Shown here one piece after another: positions 23,740 through 35,747 of a stretch of DNA of 64,000 nucleotides. The translations under genes were made by a program, and so were the position numbers. The stretch is from the NCBI GenBank assembly GCA_964016885.1, contig OZ024740.1, positions 88,784,001 through 88,848,000 on the forward strand. The letters run 5' to 3'. Numbering within the stretch: position 1 is the first letter of the stretch; the number at the start of each line of letters is the position of its first letter. The stretch comes from Eledone cirrhosa. Lineage: Eukaryota. The notes below the pieces were generated by a model. The model ran no database searches. It saw nothing but the letters and a program-made list of their open reading frames with translations, and had not been told where the DNA came from.

Positions 23740-26390
23740 ATAATAATAAATTTGAAGACTAAAATCCAATGAGGGCTCGATAAGGATAAATATATATCAA
23801 ATATATAAGAACCGTAGAGCAAATATTTATTAAAATAACAGATTAAAGTTTAAGCAAAGAATCGCTGCTTTCACCCTTTATCCAATTCGACATCAATAAT
23901 TACTACTCCTCCATCACTTTACCACTTATACTTAGAGCTATCAATTTCGCTAAAACACTCACAGTGTTTAAGGATTTCGAAATTGAGGTCATCCTCAATG
24001 CCCGTAAGTCGGTGATTAATTTCGACGACTCTATATGGATTAAAAAATCTAATGGTACCCCATTCGACGTGAGTATGGGCGCCAGCGATTCTGCGGAGGT
24101 TGCTGATCTTATCGGCCTTTTCCTTCTTTTCTCTATCAAGGACGAATTCCCCAACGCGGGCGGTAGTTTGTACCGTGATGATGGTCTTTTGACCATGACT
24201 AAGTGCGGCCCACGTGCTTGCGACAGGTTCAGAAAAGAACTCACAGCCTTCTTTAAAGGCTTCAACCTCTCGGTCGTTAATTACCTCGACGTTACCCTCA
24301 ATTTATCGAATGGCTTGTATTATCCGTATAGAAAGCCGAATGATACGCTTAATTACATAATTAAGCATTCTAACCATCCTGCCATCTTAACCAAGAACCT
24401 GATAAGAAACGTTTCTTTGAGGCTTTCCCGTCTATCTACTAACGAGCTTATTTTCAACGACCACTACACATATTACAATGAAGCTCTTGCTCGGAGTGGA
24501 TTTGTCGATAAGGTAGCATATACAGAGTATGAGAATAGACTTAGAATAAATAGATCCCGACGCATTATATGGTATACCCACCATATAATTTGGAGGTGGC
24601 CATATTTCTCCCTTATTATGAAGCATTTTCTTTCCCATATTATGAAAAATTTTCCCCTACACATAAATATAGTAACATTTTTAATAGAAATACTATTAAC
24701 ATTTCTTACTCTACGACTCCTAACCTTGATCATAACATCAGAGCTTCAAATTTAGCTAAAATACCTATCTGTAGGAACACGTGCAACCCTGTAGTTAGTA
24801 CTAACTGTAATTGTATGAATCGGATTGACTACCCCCTATCCGGGAAATGCCTCTCTAGTAACATTGTCTACAAATGTAAGGTTGAAACACCCACGTCCCG
24901 TAGGGCCTACATAGGGTTAATCGCCAATAGTTTCAAGCAGCGTCTTTACATGCATACCCATTATTTTCGTTACCCTTTAAGAAGGAATTTGACGTCACTT
25001 TCAGCTTATATCTGGAGTCTAAAAGACAACCATACCCAATATAAGTTACACTGGGATATCCTAGCTAGGGCTAGGACGTATAACGGAAATAAATGACCAT
25101 GTGACCTCTGCGCCGCTGAGGCCCTGGAAATACTCTACGCTAAAGACCACATCTTAAACAAAAGATCTGAGGCAATTTCGGCTTGTAAACATAAATTGCA
25201 CAAAACTTTCCTGTATTACAGCCCCACATTATACCCTAACGGATAGTACGAACTATACGCGGAAATTTTACGTCTTGATATGGTAGCTAAGTATATGTTA
25301 TGTTTATACCATTACTTATTTGTATAGGTAAGTATATATTACCTGCATGTTTTGTGAAGATACGTATACTTCCTCGTATTATATTTGATTGTATATGTTA
25401 TGTCGTATATATTATATATTCTGGTACATATGCTTTTGGTTACGTGTATACGTGAGATTTGTGTCTGTGTGAGTATGCGGATTGATACGTATGTAGGGTG
25501 TGTGTATATGTGTACTTCGTGTTTTGGTGGACGTACGTCTCCGAACATATGTGTATTTACATGTAGATATGTGTGTGCGCTTGTTATATACGTATTTATT
25601 TATTTATATACATTTATTTAATTATTTGTATACACGCACACACACACACATACTCTTTTACTCTTTTACCTGTTTCAGCCATCCGGCTGAGGCCATATAT
25701 ATATATATAATTTCTTATATATATTTTTATGTGTAATTGGTGTATACATTCGTATGCGTGCGAGTACAGGCGTTGCGTGGGTTCTGTATGTGCGTGCGGG
25801 ATTTTATTTTGTGTGTACGTGCGTGTATTTGTATACCTATGGCGAGTATTTTTGCGTATGCTTGTGTTTGTACGTATATGGATGCGTGTATGTATTTATT
25901 TAATTTCAATTAGTTCTGTGTTGTATTTACTTTATTCTTAACTCTGAAGCCGAGAATCATTCGGTTTCCTAGCTAGAATTTTAGTCTACGACTTCAGTTA
26001 TGCCACTTACGTGGTTTTGTCTTTGCGTGCAATTGTTCTCCCCGCTCCACATATGATGTATTATCTTCGTTTTTTTCCGTTCATTGCCAGAGAACGTCTC
26101 TATGAACCACCTAATAGAATATTAGTCTACGACTTCTTTTATACCATAAACGTGGTTTTGTCTTTGCGTGTAATTGTTTTCCACCGCTCCAAATAATGAC
26201 GTATTATATTCGTATTTTTCCCGTTCTATGCCAGGGAACGTTTCCACGAACCAAAGTATCGTCTTCCTCCGGTTGCAACTTTTGAAATATTCACTTCTAC
26301 GTTCACAGATTAATTTTGTTTGTTTCAAAAGATCCCGTTAAGGGTGAAAGCAGCGATTTTGTGCTTAAACTTTAATCTGTTAATTTAATA
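23737..26390 (+). mobile_element. Penelope-like element family A, copy 1, with inverted 5' pseudo-LTR fragment, in (TA)n
   Basis: RT motifs IQFDINNYYSSI, FDVSMGASDSAEVADLIG, YRDDG, VNYLDVTLNL, SNHP. Linker CNCx5(C/Y)PLSGKC. GIY-YIG NIVYKC..AYIGL..FKQR. C-terminal CDLC and CKH. Part of 23737-23878 is the reverse complement of 26339-26390. Confidence 0.9.
25970..26255 (+). repeat. Tandem duplication (about 140-bp unit) in the 3' region of PLE-A
   Basis: tagaat..tagtctacgacttc..cgtggttttgtctttgcgt..gaacca occurs twice. Confidence 0.85.
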
Positions 26391-27510
26391 TATATGTATA
26401 TATATATATATTTTAATATTTATCAAATAGGGTTTTCGAGTCATTTACCGGGGTTGTTTTCTAAGTTTTTACTTAACTGCATGTGAGACCTAAGTATTTA
26501 TTTTTGTTTTTGGTTTTTAATTTCCGGTTGATTCTATTTTTTTATTTATTAATACTACTGTGCATTCTATTTACTGTCTGGCTCTTACTCACTCATCCAC
26601 ATATATGTCTGTTTACCAACCTTGTAATTATAAGTAATTATATATTATATTATGTTAATTATTTTATATTGTATTTGTTATTGTACTATCGATCCTTATT
26701 ACTTACCGTTGATTATATGTACCATTGTGATATGTTAAACTTTATATATCATGTAAGATGTTTATATTTTTGTACCATCATAATTTTGGGTATTGTACAA
26801 TTTATATATTTGTTTCTCACCTACTCTGTAACTCTATATGAATTGATTTGTTAACTTGCATGCCATTATATATTATATATTATATATGTTATTATATTAT
26901 TATTATAGTATTATTGTGACACCTATATTGTTTGTGTAAATTAACCGGAGATTATCTATTATATTATATTATATGGTATATAATTGTATAGTTTATTATA
27001 TATTAAATGTGCTACTTATACTTATAATCATATCATATTATTACCTCATGTATATTAGATATACGTATTATTATTATTATATTTTTATTCCTATCATGCT
27101 TATTTATATTTAAACTCTTAATAAGGTTTAATTTGTGATGTTGAAGATGGATATGTGTATTGATGTATGTGTATGTGTGCGTACGTGTGCGTACATATAT
27201 ACATATGTATATTGTACCTTTTAATTTTTATTGTAATTTTAATATTGTTACAAGTATATTATATTATATTATATAGTATTATATATAATTCCCGCTCTAT
27301 ATAACCACCTTTGTTTAGCTCTAGGTATTTTTTACTTTGGACTATATTTGTAATATGGTTCTAAATGTTATACACCTCCTTAGTGATTTTTATTATATAT
27401 TTTTATTATATATTTTTACCCATAATCTTGCAATACTTTAGTGTATGGACACTCCATATTCTTCAGAGTTTTCGGGTTGTATTGGCCGATAATACTTCTT
27501 GTTGTTTTAA

Positions 27511-27553
27511 TTGCCCTGATGAGTCTTTAATAGGACGAAACATTGTTGGCTAA
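27511..27553 (+). ncRNA. Minimal type I hammerhead ribozyme motif
   Basis: gcc-CTGATGA-gtctt(taat)aggac-GAAA-c(att)gtt-ggc. Followed by AATAAA and (TA)n at the end of an AT-rich tract (26420-27600) that is probably a PLE 3' region. Confidence 0.72.
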
Positions 27554-27599
27554 TAAAGACTTTTGATGTATTGAAGGCTTCTTTGTTTTACTTTCATGA

Positions 27600-27653
<54 letters not shown>

Positions 27654-27777
27654 ACAATAAAAACAAATAACTTAATTATATATATATACATATACATATA
27701 TATACATGCATATATATATATTTCGTTTCTGAATTTGTTTAGCTAGATTCTTTATCTGAAAACGTGTGTTGAAACCG

Positions 27778-28492
27778 ATATTGTTATACTTTGGAAGGTT
27801 CATGCTGCCAATAAGAAACACACGCACGAGTTGCTTTCATTTCAATTTATTATGAATTTTATGAATTTTATAAATATAAATTTTATAAATTTTATAAATT
27901 TCCGGTTCGTTGGTTCCACAACCGGATGGTTGTTCATATATTGTCAAAGTTCTTTCGTCACATATTCTGTGACCTCTTCAGTGACTGGGGAATCTTTTCT
28001 TTGTTTTGTGCCTCTCCTTTGTTCTGTCCTATGCCATTTGTTGAGATAATAATTAAGTCAAATACGTAAAATTTGGCATCGTTTATTATAAATTAGAGAT
28101 ATACTGCTATATATATTTCGGTGACAGCCATCAGGTAGTCCGAAATGGTGTGGGAAAGACATGAAGACAGGTACACATGTTGTTGAAGTGAGTCTAACTC
28201 CGTCAATACATCGATATGTCCAGGCACCCGGATGTAACACATGGGCAAACTAAGCACACAACACACACAAAAGCAAAATGGCGTAAGACAGAACAAAGAA
28301 GAGGCACAAAACAAAGAAAAGAATCCCCAGTCACATAATGTGTGACGAAATAACTTTGACAATATATAAACAACCTTCCAGTTGTGGAACCAACCAACCA
28401 GCCAAGCGAAAATTTATAATAAATTGAAGAAAAAGCCAATGGTGCGTGTGTCTCTTATTGGCAACATGACCCTCCCAAAGTATAACAATATA
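27778..28492. repeat. Diverged long inverted repeat (arms about 27778-28040 and 28275-28492) between TA arrays
   Basis: For example ttgttatactttggaaggttcatgctgccaataag versus cttattggcaacatgaccctcccaaagtataacaa. Confidence 0.85.
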
Positions 28493-28682
28493 TATATATA
28501 TATATATATAAGTATGTACCAACAGCCGTACTGAGGGTGAGAAATGACATTTCGTTTCATTTTTTCCATTTATATATATATAGAGGAACGATCGACTTTC
28601 GTCAAATCGGACCGAGGGAACAATGTTTCCGTTGGTCTTTCCAATTGCTAATACTATCTATCGGTCGCAACTCGAGGTAGAA

Positions 28683-28802
28683 GGAGCAACGTGAAATAAA
28701 GTGTCTTGCTCAAGGACATAACGCATCGCCTGGTCCAGGAATCGAACTCACAACCGTACGATTGCGAATCCAATTCTCTAACCACTCAGCCACACGCCTT
28801 CA

Positions 28803-28803
<1 letters not shown>
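28683..28803 (-). mobile_element. tRNA-derived CORE-type SINE, 5' part
   Basis: Minus strand shows A box TGGCTGAGTGG, B box GAGTTCGATTCC, then CORE-like GTCCTTGAGCAAGACACTT. Confidence 0.8.
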
Positions 28804-29031
<228 letters not shown>

Positions 29032-29055
29032 AAAATTAAATGTCCAATCTTGAGT

Positions 29056-29138
29056 TTGTCTCCTGATGAGTCTGTTACTCTGGGTACATCCTAACAAAAG
29101 GATATCTAAAAAATACGGACGAAACCATGGTAGTGATG
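29056..29138 (+). ncRNA. Type I hammerhead motif with extended stem II and palindromic stem III
   Basis: CTGATGA at 29063, stem II gtctgt/acggac enclosing an inner atcc/ggat hairpin, GAAA at 29121, palindrome ACCATGGT, GUA triplet. Stem I is imperfect. Confidence 0.72.
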
Positions 29139-29516
29139 TAATTACGGTATGTACACGTTCCTTCTAAGTTTAAATTTACACCTAATTGTGTATGGTTGAT
29201 GGTAATTTAGTCAGTTTCTACATGCTGTTAAAATGTTGGATAAATACGCTATTGGGGTCACTGTGAAGAGGCCGCTTTCGGTTATTTGTCGAAAATGTCT
29301 TCATAGGAACCTTTATTCTTATAGCCTGGTCTAATTGATTTTTTATATGGTTAATTATGCTAATTGGGAGAGGAAATGGTATATATTTTATCTAATTATT
29401 CTAAGGACATGATTTATGATATATTGCTCTGATTATTTAATTTATTAATTCTTCATTGAGACACAACGTGACCGGTTGCCACATATATATCTCTGACTTT
29501 ATGTATATGTAAATCT

Positions 29517-29592
<76 letters not shown>

Positions 29593-29876
29593 AGTTATGC
29601 GCTAGAAGCCGAAATGTATGATAATGTTACATCTGTATGAATAGAAAGTGTGTTACCTAGACTGCACCAACGTGTATAAACATATACACATATCTACTAT
29701 GTAGACATATAAACATGTCAGAAGATGTGATTTTCCCTTTTTTTGATTGCCATCTTTAATCGTCACATCGTTATGCTAGTAAACGGATAGAAGTGAGATC
29801 GAATCTTTTGTTAAATTGTTCAAAGATGTTTCATATTTCCGCAAAATACATATGTATGAAATAAAAAGTAAATATA

Positions 29877-29922
<46 letters not shown>

Positions 29923-30150
29923 TATATATATATATATATTAATATATATATACATATAAACATATATATATATATACATATATATATGTATATATATACA
30001 CATATTTGTGTATATATTATGTATGTTAAATTTATACATATATATATATATATACATATATATACATACATACATATATATATATATATGGATATAATTA
30101 TACACACACACACATATATATATATATATGTATATATACTTATACAACTG

Positions 30151-30200
<50 letters not shown>

Positions 30201-30247
30201 AATATATATATATATGTAAACATTAGAATTGGAGCTCTGAAATAGCA

Positions 30248-30607
30248 ATATATATATGGATGTATATATAATGTATTTTGCAATACACTTTATGCTTAAT
30301 TAAAAGCATTTTGAAGACCGTAAGCTATTGTTTTAAAGTAGTGACAAATTCACTTACTTTGATCTCAGCAAACAGGGGAGATAAGCCGACAAGTCTTGTT
30401 TCGCTTTGGTTGAAGCTTATGTAGGCCAACTACCCCTCCTGTCAAACAAAGCGAAACAAGACTTGTCGGCTTATCTCCCCTGTTTGCTGAGATCAAAGTA
30501 AGTGAATTCGTCATTACTTTAAAACAATAGCTTACGGTCTTCAAAATGCTTTTAATTAAGCATAAAGTGTATTGCAAAATACATTATATATACATCTATA
30601 TATATAT
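30248..30607. repeat. Near-perfect fold-back (about 160-bp arms, 38-bp spacer)
   Basis: 30248-30408 is the reverse complement of 30447-30607 with few mismatches. Confidence 0.95.
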
Positions 30608-30651
30608 GTATATAATATAAGATCAAAAGATGGTTAAAGGAGTTCCATATA

Positions 30652-30718
30652 TTTTATTATGCGCATTTCAAAAACAAACATCATCAAGCAATAATATTTG
30701 TGTTTTCATCAGATAAAA
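30652..30718 (-). ncRNA. Type I hammerhead motif in the PLE-B pseudo-LTR
   Basis: Minus strand: ttttat-CTGATGA-long stem II-GAAA-tgcgca-TA-ataaaa. Perfect 6-bp stem I, palindrome ATGCGCAT, AUA triplet. Confidence 0.78.
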
Positions 30719-31700
30719 CAGGAGAACATGATATGAAGGCTAAAAAAACACTTGTTGATAGTGCAGTTTTAAATCAACATATGAAAAGTGGTTTTAGATT
30801 GATGTGTGATATTGGGAAAAATATTTTATTTAGAGAGGGGGAGGGGGAGGATGAAAAGGGAAGGAGATGAGAGGGAGAGATGGGTGATAGAGAGAAAGAG
30901 ATAGTTTTTATAACTGAGAGGAGATATATTTTTTACATAGAGGGGTTGAAAACCGTTGGAAGATACTGTATAAATTAAAAATTTTGAAAATTAACGAAGG
31001 GAGGATATGTGCGAGGAAAAAATATTTTATTTAGGGAGGGGTGGTGGAAAGGATGAAAAAAAGGGGAGAGGAGATGAGAGTGAAGGTGGAGAGGGAGAGA
31101 TGGGTGATAGAGAGAAAGAGATAGTTTTTATAACTGAGAAAAAGATATATTGTTTTAATATAGAGAGGTTGGGAACCGTTGGAAGATAATGTATAAATTA
31201 AAGGAATTTGAAAATTAACGAAGGGAAATTATGTATGAAGATAGAGAGAAAAAAATAATAATTGTGGGTGAATATTCTAACGTCAAAAGAAGAAATGTAT
31301 GTATTGTGGCAATTTCAAAATTAGCGAAGAGAAAAGTTGTTAAGGTTTGTGTGTAGAAGGATTTGAGAAAAATAATGTGAAGTTAAAGTTTGTATATTGA
31401 ATTGATATGTATTAATAATGAGTTCGTTGATGGGGAGAAAAAAATAATAATAAATTAAGGATGAAATTGAGATTAAAAAGATTTATGATAGAGAGAAAAA
31501 ATAATAATGATTGCGGATGAATATTCAAAATGTCAAAAACAAATATTATTATTTTACGAGAAGATAGAATGAGAGTAATGAGTAAACGAGTATTATAGAG
31601 TGTATAATGCCCTTTAAAGTAAGGTAGATGGGTATATTTTAAAGAGGTGTATGTATATGTGCCTTTGAGAAAAGATTCTAAATTGATAAAGAATTGAATA

Positions 31701-32858
31701 TTAACTGTATACTTTGTGAAAAGTTCTATGGAATTTATGCAGGCAGATAGAAAACAAATCTGAGCGTCTATTTATTATAGATTCTAGGTTAGAGATAATG
31801 GTAAATTTTTCATTTAGGCAGAGATTACAGATTTTAGATAGAGAGCTGTTCAAGTATGAGGATGCAGAAGAAATCTTTTTCCAAAAGATGTTATATTTAA
31901 TGTTTTTGTCTTTTAAGGACCATATGAGTTCTGAGAGAGCAGTGTTAGTTCTTTTAAGTTTGTATTTGAAAGATGAATGATGATTATAGAGACGAGCTTT
32001 AAAAGAGGTGGAAGTGGAGCCAAAATAGGTGAAGGAATTGGTGCTAGTTATAATTTTACATTCATAAATTAAGTTTTTATCGAGGCAATGGTTGTTGAGA
32101 GGACATTTATTTTTAATGCGGCAGTTGCAATTAGAGAGATTATTAATGAGTGATCTAGTGTTATCTATAGAAGGAATTGGATTGGAGAAGTTGTTTGCGA
32201 TAGGAATAACAGGAATAATAGTTTCTTGATTTAGAGTTGGATTATGAACATTTAGTGAAGTTGTGTTTGACGTTGTATTTGGGTTTACAGAAGTTAGCCT
32301 AGGGTTTACAATGACGTCGGGAATACTATTACTGTTATTATGAAATTCAATATTGGAAGGAAGAGATTTAGTATTTAATATTTTGTTGTTGTGTTTAGAG
32401 ATGATGTTGGAAATATTGGAGGATGTAGAATACGAAAATTTGATGGTGTGTTTGTTAAATATTTTACTATAGATATGTGAGGGAGGGAAGCATTTATTTA
32501 AGGCACTAAAAAATAATTTAGGAATATTGTTATTAATAGAGATGGAGAAAGGAGCATTATACCAGATTATGTTTTTGTATCTAGGTCTTTTATTAAAATT
32601 ATTGGAATGGTCATGATTAATTATTCTACTGTAAGTTTTCCTAGAATTTGTTTCTTTATTATATTTGATTTTATCTGGATAGCCGGCTTTAGAAAGTGCG
32701 TTATTATAGTAATTGGCGTTAGCATCAAAGATGTTTTTATTAGAAGATATGTTAGATATTCTATTTCCAATATTATTAACTATAGCATTCTTGATATTGG
32801 TAGGATGGTTAGATTTAAAGTTAACATAATTAAGATTCTCATTGTTTTTATGGTAAGG
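31701..32858 (-). CDS. Start-less but stop-free 385-codon frame: PLE RT C-terminus + GIY-YIG endonuclease (not in the supplied ORF track)
   Basis: Manual translation: [110 protein letters not shown]. Confidence 0.85.
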   Translation of the reverse strand, partial: PYHKNNENLNYVNFKSNHPTNIKNAIVNNIGNRISNISSNKNIFDANANYYNNALSKAGYPDKIKYNKETNSRKTYSRIINHDHSNNFNKRPRYKNIIWYNAPFSISINNNIPKLFFSALNKCFPPSHIYSKIFNKHTIKFSYSTSSNISNIISKHNNKILNTKSLPSNIEFHNNSNSIPDVIVNPRLTSVNPNTTSNTTSLNVHNPTLNQETIIPVIPIANNFSNPIPSIDNTRSLINNLSNCNCRIKNKCPLNNHCLDKNLIYECKIITSTNSFTYFGSTSTSFKARLYNHHSSFKYKLKRTNTALSELIWSLKDKNIKYNIFWKKISSASSYLNSSLSKICNLCLNEKFTIISNLESIINRRSDLFSICLHKFHRTFHKVYS

Positions 32859-32955
32859 GTATATATGTATATATATATATACATATATATATATTTACAT
32901 ATTATATACGTATATATATATATTATATACATATATATATTTACATATATATATT

Positions 32956-33025
<70 letters not shown>

Positions 33026-33028
<3 letters not shown>

Positions 33029-35240
33029 ATAATAATAAATTTGAAGACTAAAATCCAAAGGGGGCTCGAGAACGATAAATATATATCAAATATATAAGAA
33101 CCGTAGAACACATATTTATTAAAATAACAGATTAAAGTTTAAGCAAATAATCGGTGCTTTCACCCTTAAAGGGATATTCTGAAACTAACAAAGTCAATCT
33201 GTAAACGCAGAAGTAGATATTTCAAAAAACGTTGGAACCGGAGGAATACAGGAATACGATACTTTGGTTCGTGGAAACGTTCCCTGGCAAAGAACGGGTA
33301 AAAACGAATATAATACGTCATTAATAGGAACGGTGAAAAACAATTACGCGCAAAGACAGAACCACGTTTAACCAAGGATTACCGTAAAACTAATCGGTGC
33401 GTCATCAATGACATCAACGATGCTGGGTTTAAAATCACCTCTCATCTCAACTTCCTCGACCGGACCGAGCCTCTGGACCCTATTTCTCCCCACTTTACCG
33501 TGAAGGATCACAAATCCAATTTTCCGAACAACGCCTCTATTCGGCTTATTAACCCTACGAAGTGCGATTTAGGTAGACTTAGTAAAAGGATTCTTGATAG
33601 AATTATACCTGAAATTAGAAGCTTGGCTCCTCTTGCACTGTGGAACAATTCTTTCGCGGTGATTGATTGGTTCAACGGCATATGCAACAAGGAACATTGC
33701 CGTTTTATCCAATTCCACATCAACAATTACTACTCCTCCATCACTTTCCCACTTCTCCTTAGAGCTATCAATTTCGCTGAAACACTCACAGTGGTTAAGG
33801 ATTTCGAAGTTGATGTCATCCTCAATGCCCGTATGTCGGTGATTAATTTCAACGACTCTATTTGGATTAAAAAATCCAATAGTACCCCATTTGACGTGAG
33901 TATGGGCGCCAGCGATTCTGCGGTGGTTACTGATCTTATCGGCCTTTTCCTTCTTTTCTCTATCAAGGACGAGGTTTGTACCGTGATGATGGTCTTTTGA
34001 CCATGACTAAGTGCGGACCTTGTGCTTGCAACAGGTTCAGAAAAAAACTCACAGCCTTCTTTAAAGGCTTCAATCTCTCTATAAAGGTTGATGCCAATCT
34101 CTCGGTCGTTAATTACCTCGACGTTACCCTCAATTTATCGAATGGATTGTATTACCCGTATAGAAAGCCGAATGATACGCTTAATTACATAAGTAAGCAT
34201 TCCAACCATCCTGCCACCATAACCAAGAACCTGGTAAGAAATGTTTCGTTGAGGCTTTCCCGTCTATCTACTAACAAGCATATTTTCAACGACCATTCCA
34301 CTTATTACAATGAAGCTCTTGCTCTGAGTGGATTTGTCAATAAGGTAGCATATACAGATTACGAAAATTGACCTAGAAGAAATAGATCCCGTCGCATTTG
34401 TTGGTATAACCCACCATATATTATGGAGGTGGCCAGACCATTAGCTAAGATCTTTCTTTCCTTTATTACGAAGCATTTTCCCCCTACACATAAATATAGT
34501 AAACATTTTAATAGAAATACTATTAAAAGTTCTTACTCTACGGCTCCTAACCTTGCATATAACATCACAGCTTCAAATTTAGCTAAACTACTTAGCCGTA
34601 GGAACAGGTGCAACCCAGTAGTTAGTACTAACTGTAATTGTAGGAATCGGGTTGATTGCCCCCTATCCGGGAAATGTCTCTCTAGTAACATTGTCTACAA
34701 ATGTAAGGTTGAAAGACACACGTCCCGTAGGACCATCATAGGGTTAATCGCCAATAGATTCAAGCAGCATCTTTACATGCATACCCATTCTTTTCGTTAC
34801 CCTCTAAGAAGGAATATGATGTCATTTTCAGCTTAAATCTGGAGTCTAAAAGACAACCACACCCAACATAAGTTACACTGGGAGATCCTAGCTAGGGCTA
34901 GATCGTATAACGGAAATAAAAGACCATGTGACCTCTGCGCCGCTGATGCTCTGGAAATACTATACGCCACAGACCACTATCTTAAACAAAAAGTCTGAGG
35001 CAATTTCGGCTTGTAAACATAAATTGCACAAAACTTTCCTGTATTACAGCCCCACGTTATACCCTAACGGATAGTACGATCTATACGTGGATATTTTACG
35101 TCTTGATGTGGTAGCTAAGTATATGTTTTGTTTATATCATTACTTATTTGCATAGGTAAGTATATATTACCTGTATGTTTTGTGAAGGTACGTATACTTT
35201 CTCGTACGTATATTTGATTGTATATGTTATGGCGTATATA
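33026..35240 (+). mobile_element. Penelope-like element family A, copy 2, with longer inverted 5' pseudo-LTR fragment
   Basis: 33026-33372 matches the inverted piece of copy 1 and the reverse complement of 26145-26390. ORF pieces contain VKDHKSNF..IRLINPTK, YRDDG, CNCRNRVDCPLSGKC, NIVYKC..IIG and RPCDLC, with frameshifts and stops. Confidence 0.9.
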
Positions 35241-35697
35241 AAAGGTTTTAGTATATACATAACCATAAATAGTATCCTTAATACTATATATATATATATA
35301 TTTGTGTGTGTGTGTGTGTATGTGTGTGTGCGTAGAAATACATGTCTCTCTGTATGCGTGTGTATATAAATGATTGTCTTTCCTTGTGCATGTTTTATAA
35401 GTATATATTCAAAACAATAACAGTCATACAATGTTTAGAACGTATCTTAAAATATCGATGTGTTGACAAATATGAAGCAGATGTGAGAAAACTATACACA
35501 TATTTTATCTGTCTTTTGTTTGTTTATTTAATTCTGCTACCTCATCACCTCTAGGTTCAACAAAGTGTCTGTCGAGTGTCCATCGTGTGCATTAACACTT
35601 AGTTTGCTTGGGGCGCCATCCATTCTGGAAACATGTCTGAAAACCAATGTACAATCCCAAGTTCATAATCAAGTTTCAATATAGGGGATCTTATCGT

Positions 35698-35747
35698 ATT
35701 GTCAGTACCACAATACTCAGTCGACTGAATATTGTGGTACTGACAAT
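35698..35747. repeat. 50-bp palindrome centred on GTCGAC
   Basis: attgtcagtaccacaatactcagtc|gactgaatattgtggtactgacaat, one mismatch. Confidence 0.92.

Larger units (their letters stand above)
30618..32860 (-). mobile_element. Penelope-like element family B, 5'-truncated, with 3' hammerhead, in (TA)n
   Basis: Open frame 32858-31701, a 3' UTR with an internal duplication of about 200 bp (30818-31235), and a hammerhead at 30652-30718. Confidence 0.88.

Noticed and set aside
25090-25100. In-frame TGA before PCDLC in PLE-A copy 1 as possible selenocysteine (some PLEs encode selenoproteins)
   Set aside because: Copy 2 has AGA (Arg) at the same position, so this is a simple nonsense mutation.
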